Source: a virus. Taken from it: a stretch of DNA of 64,000 nucleotides. Below, piece by piece: positions 36,360-44,259 of the stretch. Below the pieces are notes generated by a model. The model saw only the letters and a list, made by a program, of their open reading frames with translations, ran no database searches and was not told where the DNA came from. A program made the translations under genes and the position numbers. Every line of letters starts with the position of its first letter. Positions within the stretch are counted from its first letter, which is position 1. The stretch lies in the IMG/VR virus record IMGVR_UViG_3300005253_000946; one strand, written 5' to 3'.

Positions 36360-36913
36360 AGTTTTGCTCCTATCCAGTATGTTATTCTTGTTAATCCTAT
36401 GCCTACATAAGTACCCATACTAAAGTAGATTGAGTAGACTACTAGAGGTGCTCCTACATCATCTGTAGTCTTTGCTAAGATGAAATAGAAGACACCTCCT
36501 AATACTAAAGCAAAGAACAGAGTCGTCAGTTGGACCCATAGATGATGTATTACTTCATGCCACGCCATTAACATGTCTATCACAAACTTAACCATCCTCT
36601 CTGCCTTCGTCGGTCTCTTTGCCAAAACTTGTCGCCTCTGCCATACTCTCTAATCTACTTTTTGGAGTATCACTTATGTTCGGTCGATCACACCTTGTGC
36701 GTCCAGTTTGTGTGCCTGAAAAATGTTGAGTTTTCATTGGGTTCGTAGTTTCTATTTCAAGTAAGTTCTTGGTTGCCCAGTTAAATATCCAGGCAACCGA
36801 TTTAAGGAACCAAGAACGCCAACCTTCTACATCTCCGCGTACTCGTAATCTAACATTACATAAAGCACTCTGTTCCCGTACTAATATATTTACGCCAGCT
36901 TTTCCGCCTGGTA

Positions 36914-37219
36914 TCATTTTTTATTCTCCAAGAATGTTAACCGCTGGTAGATGCCTGCGAGATGTTTGTTCTCAATACGTTCTACCCTGCTTACTAGGTT
37001 GGGACCTGTCTCAGGCCGTAGTTCATATCCTACCAACCAATCTAGAGTGCAGCCTAAAACTTCTGCCATTCGTATCAGAATTTCTACCGAAGGCAGTCTC
37101 CGGCCGGATGTATATCCTTTGAGAGTAGATGGGGCTATGTGTACCAGTTCAGCAAACTCTTTAGGCTCCATTCCCATTTTATCTAATTCCTGGTTTAATC
37201 TGTTTTGTAATGTGTCCAT
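36914..37219 (-). CDS. XRE-family HTH transcriptional regulator
   Basis: EFAELVHIAPSTLKGYTSGRRLPSVEILIRMAEVLGCTLDWLVG. Confidence 0.9.
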   Translation of the reverse strand: MDTLQNRLNQELDKMGMEPKEFAELVHIAPSTLKGYTSGRRLPSVEILIRMAEVLGCTLDWLVGYELRPETGPNLVSRVERIENKHLAGIYQRLTFLENKK

Positions 37220-37221
37220 TA

Positions 37222-37506
37222 TTAAGTAACCTCTTTAGTTTTTGGTAGTATGTGTACACCCATTCTACAAGGGGCGTCTGGGCTTGATTCTATCTGTCCA
37301 TGACTGAAACAAGGAGTGTCCTCATACCAGGGTTTGTCGTGTATCGCACAAGAGTACTGCCCTGGAGTATCTCCGATGAGATGTTTACATTTTGTGTCAA
37401 GACCCTTATGAGCGATTAAATTGCCTTCTACGATACCTTTATCTGGGTCATTTACAATAACTACAAAACAACGTATACAGCAGTAGCCGCAGCGTAAGCA
37501 AATCAA
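37222..37506 (-). CDS. YkgJ-family cysteine-cluster protein
   Basis: CLRCGYCC...CKHL...CAIHDKPW...PC. Confidence 0.75.
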   Translation of the reverse strand: MICLRCGYCCIRCFVVIVNDPDKGIVEGNLIAHKGLDTKCKHLIGDTPGQYSCAIHDKPWYEDTPCFSHGQIESSPDAPCRMGVHILPKTKEVT

Positions 37507-37765
37507 TTTCCGTTATTAACGTCGGTTGGGTTTACTGTTTCCCATGCTTCTGTAAGATCTTCAGGTCTTAATATAAATACTGCTCTCCCGCCAGGAGAAG
37601 GTACTATATTATAACACTTTGAATCATGTATAGAATCTGGTTTATATGCTACAGCCTGTTTATGACCTTTCCAGCGTATAGGACGTGCCCATAAATTTAC
37701 ATAATCTTCTTGTATAGCTAGTAGAGCTTCTATCATATTCATGTATTGCTCCTAATATAGAGAAA

Positions 37766-37791
37766 GGGCGACCTCCCGAAGGAAGCCGCCC
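37766..37791 (-). terminator. Hairpin/terminator downstream of the CUA tRNA
   Basis: GGGCGGC..TTCG..GTCGCCC followed by TTTCTCT on the minus strand. Confidence 0.55.
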
Positions 37792-37799
37792 TAAAGTTC

Positions 37800-37875
37800 T
37801 GGTGACCCAGGTGGGATTCGAACCCACAACTAAATCTGTTAGAAGGACCTACTCTACCAGTTGAGTTACCGGGTC
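37800..37875 (-). tRNA. tRNA with CTA anticodon (amber suppressor-type); weak anticodon stem
   Basis: Canonical 76-nt cloverleaf GACCCGG TA ACTC AACTGGTA GAGT A GGTCC TTCTAAC AGATT TAGTT GTGGG TTCGAAT CCCAC CTGGGTC A CCA; positions 34-36 = CTA. Confidence 0.7.
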
Positions 37876-38486
37876 TTGTCTATTTTTATTTTATTAAAGA
37901 CGGTCCATCTATTGCCTCTACAAAATGTGGGAAGTTGTGCATCACAGTTAGGGCACACTATTCTAAGGTTTATCCTCCGGTTGTCTGCACTATCTCCATT
38001 AATGTGATCAAGACGTAAGGTAAGAGGTTTGCCTTTCCATTTAGGACCTAATTTACAGATAGCACATTCCTCGTCTATTAGCTTTTCGCGTAGCAATCTT
38101 TTTCGTAATTTAGAAGAAGCAATAGGTGGACCATCTTTAATAAGATAATACTCGATTGGACGTCCTTTTCCATTAAAACAGTTTTTGCCAAAAGGATTAA
38201 AATGAGACGTGTCAAGTTCTAAGGCTTTTATACGTCTACCTACACTTTTATAATTAGCTCCCCGTGGATCTAGACCCAAACCTCTTAAAACATCAGCCAC
38301 AGATTTACTTTCAGGAACTAACTCTTTAAGTTTGTTATCACTCCAAGATCTCTGTGACCATTTAGAGGATAAGCTATATTTTCTCATCCAATAACGAATG
38401 GAAGTAGCGCTTTTTCCTGTTTTAGCTGCTATCTGTCTTATAGATAATTTCTCGTCTATTAGGTTTTCAAGGAGGTGTTTCTGCAT
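37866..38486 (-). CDS. HNH homing endonuclease 1 (N-terminal HTH)
   Basis: CAIC...LRLDHINGDSADNRRINLRIVCPNC; probable start MQKHLL (38486); the stop overlaps the tRNA 5' end. Confidence 0.9.
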   Translation of the reverse strand: MQKHLLENLIDEKLSIRQIAAKTGKSATSIRYWMRKYSLSSKWSQRSWSDNKLKELVPESKSVADVLRGLGLDPRGANYKSVGRRIKALELDTSHFNPFGKNCFNGKGRPIEYYLIKDGPPIASSKLRKRLLREKLIDEECAICKLGPKWKGKPLTLRLDHINGDSADNRRINLRIVCPNCDAQLPTFCRGNRWTVFNKIKIDKTR

Positions 38487-38541
38487 CCTTAACTTGTAGC
38501 TCATTTGTACAGGTTAAGTCAAGCGAAACACCTCCCATATA

Positions 38542-38559
38542 CAACTGAGCTACTGAGCC
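38542..38559 (-). pseudogene. 5' fragment of a tRNA (acceptor strand to D-loop)
   Basis: GGCTCAG TA GCTC AGTTG; GGCTCAG can pair with the 3' acceptor strand CTGGGTC of the tRNA at 37800. Confidence 0.5.
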
Positions 38560-39584
38560 ATTGTCTCTATCTCTTCGAGAATTCGTACATCCTCAACCTC
38601 CCTGATCTCTTTAGCTATCTGTTCCGCTGAAATTTCTCCAACAGCTTCTGCTGAGAGAGAGACTTCTACATCATATTGGACACAGGGGTCTGTATCCCAA
38701 CCTTTTGGTGTAGGAGATGTAGGGATATTGAAGATCACTGCGTCTGCTAACCAAGGCTTATTAAGTTTCTTAGCTACATCAGCAGATTCAGCCCTAAGAG
38801 CATTCTTGATAGCTGTTGAAGAGATCTTGTTGTCGATAGCTGTCTTAGGCTCTATCTCGGACATTGCACGCCCGCGTAGGAGGCATTGAACTACATGAAT
38901 AGCTCTAAACCTATCTCTTTGGCTGTCTTTGTCATTTAAGTTGCTTACCATGCTGCTCCAGTTGGAGTGTTTGGTATTAAGCTCAAATGCACGTTGAGAC
39001 TCTTTATAGTTGGTTTTGACCTCTCGAATTGATTTTACGAGGGTGGCTTTAGATACGCCGCATTCAGCAGCGATTAGGTTTCTTACTTGGTTGCTAAGAT
39101 TCATAGAATCCTCCGTTGGTTAAGTGGTTGTTAATTTGGAACTTTTTTTGGTTAAGTTCATAACCAACGGAGGATCGCGTGAAGATGTAGTAATCTACGT
39201 CATGGCGTTAATATAACCTTTCTTGGTTAGAGTTACAAGGGGGTAATTGTATCTACAAACGGGCTACGTTTTATCTTGTTCTTTATTCCAAATCATCATT
39301 ACGAAGTTGGCTACGTCTACCATATCCCCACTATCTAGATGTTTGACTAACATCTCTTTTAGGTCTGATATTTCACAGTCTTCCATAAACCAGCCACCAC
39401 GACCTTCGTCACGTTTCTCGGCAAGCTTTTCGATCATAGCCTTACCTAGGTCTTTTACCCCTTCTTCGTCGTATATACGATTTAGAATATCTCGCAGATC
39501 AAGTTCGTATTCAGGATAAAGGGTTCTAGAAATATTCAGTGATTGATGTATTAAACCTTTTAATTCTTCAGATACTTTGCTCAT
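38550..39584 (-). other. Hypothetical CDSs 38550-39104 and 39264-39584 (the second has a VDVANFVMMIW MazG-like helix)
   Basis: Intact ORFs with RBSs. Confidence 0.65.
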
Positions 39585-39606
39585 CTATACTCCTCTTATA
39601 ATTGTA

Positions 39607-39693
39607 TGGTGCCGGGGACGGGAGTTGAACCCGCACGCAGTTTATTACTCTGGATTTTAAGTCCAGTGTGTCTACCAATTCCACCACCCCGGC
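39607..39693 (-). tRNA. tRNA-Leu (TAA)
   Basis: CTGGA-CTTAAAA-TCCAG arm, long variable arm, CCA. Confidence 0.95.
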
Positions 39694-41375
39694 TAAGAAC
39701 CCATGTAGAAGGTGTAGACCTTAACATTTGATTCAACAGATAGGAAGTAGGCTAGTAACCATTCATCTTTAAGCTGTGGAACTTTTGTAATAGGTCTGTC
39801 TTCTATTTCACCTATACCTTCCAGAAATACATGATGCTTGTCTTGCACAACTTCTATCATCTTATCGGTTTCATCCAGTACATGGCTCCATGTCGGGTTT
39901 TCGAGAAGTGGACCTATATAAGTTGACCCATGTTCGCCCCAGTAGATGTCTTTAAACTGTACAAAGACTACTCTACCTTCTACAGCTACATCTCTCTTTT
40001 TATGACCATCACATTCTATACAGGAGTCAATTACGTATTTTCGTTGCCTACTCATGTATCAAGCTCCGATTGTTTTAGACTAAACTTTTCTGTGCCAGTC
40101 CATAGGTTTAACTGCATCGCTCCCTTACCATTATATGCTAATTTTTCTCCTGATTTCTTTACACCCTTTTGTTGCGCGAAGCTGGAATTAGCGTACTTAT
40201 AGGAGCTAGGTGGTGTAGGATGTTTAGGCGTACCTTTTATTTTGACCTTACTATTGCCATCTGGAAAGACTTCGATAGTGTAGGTCATTATAGGTTTATC
40301 CTTATCCGGCAACGCAATAGGAAGACGGTCTGTAACATCCCAAGCTATTACGTTCATACCTGTAATAGAGCATATCTTCTTACCCGCTTCCTGAACTACT
40401 CCAAGGTTACGAAGCTCTGATAAACGTTTATGACCACTATTTGTTTTGTGTATATCGTTTATCTCTCTACCGGTAAGAGGTCCATTCATATACAAAAGGT
40501 GGTAGACTTTCCATCTGGTCCAACTTAGTAGTCCATTTTCTTTAATCTTTTTCCAAGCATCTTTACTGGATTGTCTGACTCTTTTACCCACTAGTTTCCT
40601 CCTTTATTTTTTCTCTAGGGACCCATACTACTACGTTACCTTTGTATGTATGGTCATTATTGTTCCCTATAATAGGGAGTGTGAAATGGTTTTTTTCTTT
40701 GTGATTGAACACGGTACATCGCCGTTCCTCGTCGACCCAACCTCTAGGATCACCACCACACCAATATTTTATCGCATCATTGAAGGGGTTAGTAGACCCT
40801 TCTGGGTACATTGCGATAGTAAATTCGTATTCCTCTAATAACAGATCCAGATTAGTCCAGAGAGTGTCCCAGGTTATTCCGTATTCTGCGTCTAGGTGTT
40901 TAGCGATCATAGCTATGGTTCGTTTAGCTATGTCTTTAGTAATATAAATATGGTGATTGTCTGCTACTTCGTAAACGTCATCTACATCCCAAGTGTCATC
41001 GACGAATGAGTCGTGGTTTTGTATTTCGATCTTCCAATTAGTTACTTCTGCAGGGCTATCTCCTGTTAGAAGACCATCACCTATCGCACGGTCTACCATA
41101 GATAGTAATCTGGCTTTTAGATTTTCTTCCCGTACACCATTTAATTCATAAGTTACGTCTAGTTGCATTCTTAGTTTTGTCATAGTTTATCTCCAGGGAT
41201 TATTGTGAGTGTTCAAGAGCCGACACCACCCTAGAAGTGATGCCGACTCTCTACAGGTCCATAGGTTGTGGTTCTGATTGTAGGCTTCCTGTACAGCCCA
41301 AAGTCTCCTACGAATAGCATTCAGTCCAGCCGATGAATTTTCCCCTGTACCTTTCTCAGGAATAGTTCTCGACAA
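39693..41375 (-). other. Hypothetical CDSs (39693-40055, 40052-40591 with an HTH-like N-terminus, 40584-41183, 41187-41375)
   Basis: Coupled ORFs. Confidence 0.65.
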
Positions 41376-41405
41376 TCACCGCTATGGCATATAGGAGATT
41401 TTTTG

Positions 41406-41481
41406 TGGATCAGGAGGAAGGAATTGAACCTTCAACCACCAGAGCCAAATTCTGGTGCTCTACCAATTGAGCTACTCCTGA
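41406..41481 (-). tRNA. tRNA-Gln (TTG), complete copy downstream of HNH 2
   Basis: TCAGGAG/CTCCTGA acceptor stem, CCAGA-ATTTGGC-TCTGG arm, CCA. Confidence 0.9.
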
Positions 41482-41938
41482 TTGGATAAAGGTTTTGTGC
41501 TTGTTTCCAATGCAGCTTTTTATGGCAATTGGAGCACAACACGACACATTTTCGAATTTCTTCTTCTATCTTCTTAATTGACTTCAGGTTATGTACTGCA
41601 TGGCTGATATTAAATTCCTTCTTACTTGCGTCTGTATGATGAAAATCGAGACATGCTGGGTGACTTTCTCTACATTTAATACACTTTACTCCATCCTTAT
41701 ATTTGAGAAACCATTCTCGGTGCTTTTTAGCTAAACGCTGTCTTTTATTTTTGTAGTACTGTGGGTTGTTCCGGTAATGCTCCTTAAGATTGAGAGCATT
41801 ACAGGGCCGACAGTAAGACGCATACTTAGGAGCACCAGTCGCAAGCTGGCCTCTAATATTAAAGTGTTTAACATCTTTTTCTTTCTGGCACCGAACACAG
41901 AGCTTCTTCATATAGACCCCGAATAAAAATTTCCTCAA
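41432..41938 (-). CDS. HNH homing endonuclease 2
   Basis: CIKC...CLDFHHTD...KCVVLCSNCHKKLH; the 3' end reads into tRNA-Gln; probable start MKKLC. Confidence 0.9.
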   Translation of the reverse strand: MRKFLFGVYMKKLCVRCQKEKDVKHFNIRGQLATGAPKYASYCRPCNALNLKEHYRNNPQYYKNKRQRLAKKHREWFLKYKDGVKCIKCRESHPACLDFHHTDASKKEFNISHAVHNLKSIKKIEEEIRKCVVLCSNCHKKLHWKQAQNLYPIRSSSIGRAPEFGSGG

Positions 41939-41966
41939 CCCTACTAAGTTTTGGTATATGTGTCAA

Positions 41967-42004
41967 GATCAAATCCCGTTGTCTTACCCTTAGACCACTC
42001 CTGA
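41967..42004 (-). pseudogene. 5' half of tRNA-Gln (TTG), truncated just after the anticodon loop
   Basis: TCAGGAG TG GTCTAAGGGTAAGAC A ACGGG ATTTGAT C, immediately followed by TTGACA. Confidence 0.85.
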
Positions 42005-42163
42005 TCAGAATTTTACCCTCTCAACCCTTATAACATTTTTAAAGGCAAAAAAGAGGGGCCAGAGTTGGGGGACTCTGGCCCCTACACTCACAGATGGGGA
42101 GAGACTCTAAGAGCCTCTCCGAGGAGGAGGGACTTATAGTATAGACCTTTTAATAAGGTCTCG

Positions 42164-42409
42164 TCAAAAACTACTAACCAGATCCATTCCTATATCGCTA
42201 CCTCTAGACCCTTTACAGGAATTGCATCGACAATTAGAATTTCTAGGCCACCTAGCCCAACCAGTTTCAAATGGCTCTTTGCATTGGGCACATAGCTTAA
42301 CAACTGTGCCTGTTTCAAATATACAAAGAGGTTTTGCTTCTTTGGCTCTTTCCTTGTCTTTGTCGTAAGTGATTGTACCTACTACCAGGTTTTTGTTTCG
42401 TTTCCCCAT
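42164..42409 (-). CDS. Small Cys-containing hypothetical protein (MGKRNKNL...)
   Basis: Track ORF trimmed, since its 5' part is tRNA sequence. Confidence 0.55.
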   Translation of the reverse strand: MGKRNKNLVVGTITYDKDKERAKEAKPLCIFETGTVVKLCAQCKEPFETGWARWPRNSNCRCNSCKGSRGSDIGMDLVSSF

Positions 42410-42435
42410 TAGTATCCTTATATTGAAAAATTGTA

Positions 42436-42513
42436 TGGAGCCGAATCTCGGATTCGAACCGAGGACCTGAAGTTTACAAAACTCCTGCTCTAGCCAAGCT
42501 GAGCTAATCCGGC
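42436..42513 (-). tRNA. tRNA-Thr (TGT)
   Basis: GGAGT-TTTGTAA-ACTTC arm, CCA. Confidence 0.93.
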
Positions 42514-42526
42514 GTAATAAGTCTTT

Positions 42527-42610
42527 TGGCTCCGGGAGCCGGGGTCGAACCAGCATAGGATTTCTCCACGAGTTAACAGCCCGCTGCATTCCCTATTATG
42601 CTATCCCGGA
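42527..42610 (-). tRNA. tRNA-Asn (GTT) with an unusually long variable region
   Basis: TCCGGGA/TCCCGGA acceptor stem, GCGGG-CTGTTAA-CTCGT arm, 13-nt variable region GGAGAAATCCTAT. Confidence 0.85.
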
Positions 42611-42979
42611 TTTATGTATATTTACAACCTCTATCATTGAGCTACTCTGGTTTAACCCGGCTCTAAGGGTAAGGTAATTAATGCAGAACATCAACTATCT
42701 TAGTTAACCCCCTTAGAGCCTTGAGAATCGGGATCGGAAAGCTCCCTTACCAGCTCACATCGAAATCCTTTTAAACGAGCCAACGCAATTTTTGCTTTGA
42801 TGGTACTGTTCAGTCTTACCAACCAATACAGCCCTATAAGCTCTTAAGTGGTCTGCCACTGCCCTACCTAGTTCAAGAGTAGAGAAGGAAGCTTCATACA
42901 GCCTTTCGGCAATTTCGACTCTGGACGATTCTGTGCTTTTATTCTATATTCCGGAATAAGGAATATTTATTAGTTAAAC

Positions 42980-43173
42980 CCACAGGTGCTCGGACGTAAC
43001 TCCGATGTGAGGTATCCCCCGTTTGCTGGTGTCACCCGGTTATGTCTGACTCGGGTCACCTTTCACCAACGGCCTAAGCTTTGTAGTATGGTTTTTCACC
43101 GCTGACTCGACCTAGTACCACCCGTATTATTCGGGCTATGGGCGTGCATATACTTCACGCCATACACCTGTGG
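42980..43173 (-). ncRNA. Putative ~195-nt structured ncRNA of unknown class
   Basis: Closed by a 9-bp CCACAGGTG/CACCTGTGG helix; internal hairpins GGCGTG/CACGCC, CCCG/CGGG and TCGGA/TCCGA; no ORF; strand inferred from the flanking tRNAs. Confidence 0.5.
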
Positions 43174-43195
43174 TAATCATACTAGGTATGATTGC

Positions 43196-43271
43196 TGGGC
43201 CGCCCTATGAGAATTGAACTCACATACCTGGCTCCACAAACCAGTGTCTTAGCCGTTAGACGAAGGGCGGC
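43196..43271 (-). tRNA. tRNA-His (GTG), complete copy downstream of HNH 3
   Basis: G-1:C73 pair, CTGGT-TTGTGGA-GCCAG arm, CCA. Confidence 0.93.
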
Positions 43272-43283
43272 GATGTTGTGACT

Positions 43284-43799
43284 TTACCAGTTTTCTCTGG
43301 TTTTTAGTGCGTGGCACCAGACACATCTTACCTCAAGATTCTCTACATTATTGTTATTTCTGTCTCTATCTTTATGATGAACATCTAACATTTTTTCTTT
43401 GACTTCATCAAAAGGACAGTCTGAGTTACTACATTTTTTACCATACTCTTTGAATGCCCTCGTTCTGTAAATATATTGGCCGTGTTTTAAGTTTCTTCCA
43501 CCACTCTCTTGATTGTTTATTGTAATAGCACAGCTCTGAGAACAGTACACCCTTCCACTTTTACTGTTACGTAGTCTCTTTTTGGTAACCTCAATAGGTT
43601 TCTCACAGTTATTACATTTAGTGGAAATAAGTCCATGCCCGTGTTTGATGCTATAGTAAGTTCCACTACAGCTCTGGCTACAAAAAGCTAATGGACGTTT
43701 TTTAAGTCGTCTCCGTTCTTTCCATACAACTGTGCTACACTGTGCACAGTTCTTCTTAACTCTCCAAACCCCTTTTATCTTTTTCTCTTGAATATGCAT
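43284..43799 (-). CDS. HNH homing endonuclease 3 (N-terminal Cys-rich fingers)
   Basis: LDVHHKDRDRNNNNVENLEVRCVWCH; repeated FCSQSC/YCSQSC motifs. Confidence 0.9.
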   Translation of the reverse strand: MHIQEKKIKGVWRVKKNCAQCSTVVWKERRRLKKRPLAFCSQSCSGTYYSIKHGHGLISTKCNNCEKPIEVTKKRLRNSKSGRVYCSQSCAITINNQESGGRNLKHGQYIYRTRAFKEYGKKCSNSDCPFDEVKEKMLDVHHKDRDRNNNNVENLEVRCVWCHALKTRENW

Positions 43800-43805
43800 T
43801 GACTA

Positions 43806-43834
43806 ATGGTAAGCTAGGCTGGATTGGATGTCAA
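43806..43834 (-). promoter_or_regulatory. Sigma70-type promoter TTGACA-N17-TACCAT, 6 nt before the HNH 3 ATG (leaderless)
   Basis: Read directly from the sequence; no Shine-Dalgarno. Confidence 0.75.
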
Positions 43835-43872
43835 ACCACAAACCGGCGCATTACCAATCTGCCACGGACGAC
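43835..43872 (-). pseudogene. 5' half of tRNA-His (GTG), truncated at the end of the anticodon loop
   Basis: G TCGTCCG TG GCAGATTGGTAATGC G CCGGT TTGTGGT, then TTGACA. Confidence 0.85.
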
Positions 43873-43874
43873 TT

Positions 43875-44180
43875 AGTTAAAATTGCAAGGCATATTCGAT
43901 AACCGGCTTTCCACCTATTCTAGAATAAGCTTCTATGTTTTCAGACATCCCGGCTGAGATGATTAAAGCTAGCCACCATCTCACTTCTTGACCTGTCTTC
44001 CATACTATCGAATATGCATCAGGAACCTCACGGTTCCCGAAATATGATTGCATCTCGGAGCGTACCGGAATGTTATAAACTTTCCGTTTCCTTGACGGGG
44101 CAACTACTAGTCTAGCACACCGTTTAATATGGCTGCCGCCACAACGGTCACTAGCGACTCATCGCCCTACTTATATAAGG
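43875..44180 (-). ncRNA. Putative structured ncRNA of unknown class
   Basis: 12-bp helix 43890-43901/44006-44017, GGGAACC-GTGA-GGTTCCT GNRA hairpin, GAGATGGT/ATCATCTC helix; a 58-codon ORF without a good RBS also overlaps. Confidence 0.4.
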
Positions 44181-44183
44181 TCT

Positions 44184-44259
44184 TGGTCGGGATAGTAGGA
44201 TTTGAACCTACGTCTCCGCGTCCCAAACGCGGTGCTAAGCCGGATTCAGCTATACCCCG
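44184..44259 (-). tRNA. tRNA-Pro (TGG)
   Basis: CCGCG-TTTGGGA-CGCGG arm, CCA. Confidence 0.93.

Noticed and set aside
42650-42960. RNase P RNA or group I intron
   Set aside because: GGTAA loops and an AAGATAG-like word are present, but the P4 signatures (GAGGAAAGTCC, ACAGAANNCGGCTTA) and ordered P/Q/R/S elements are absent.
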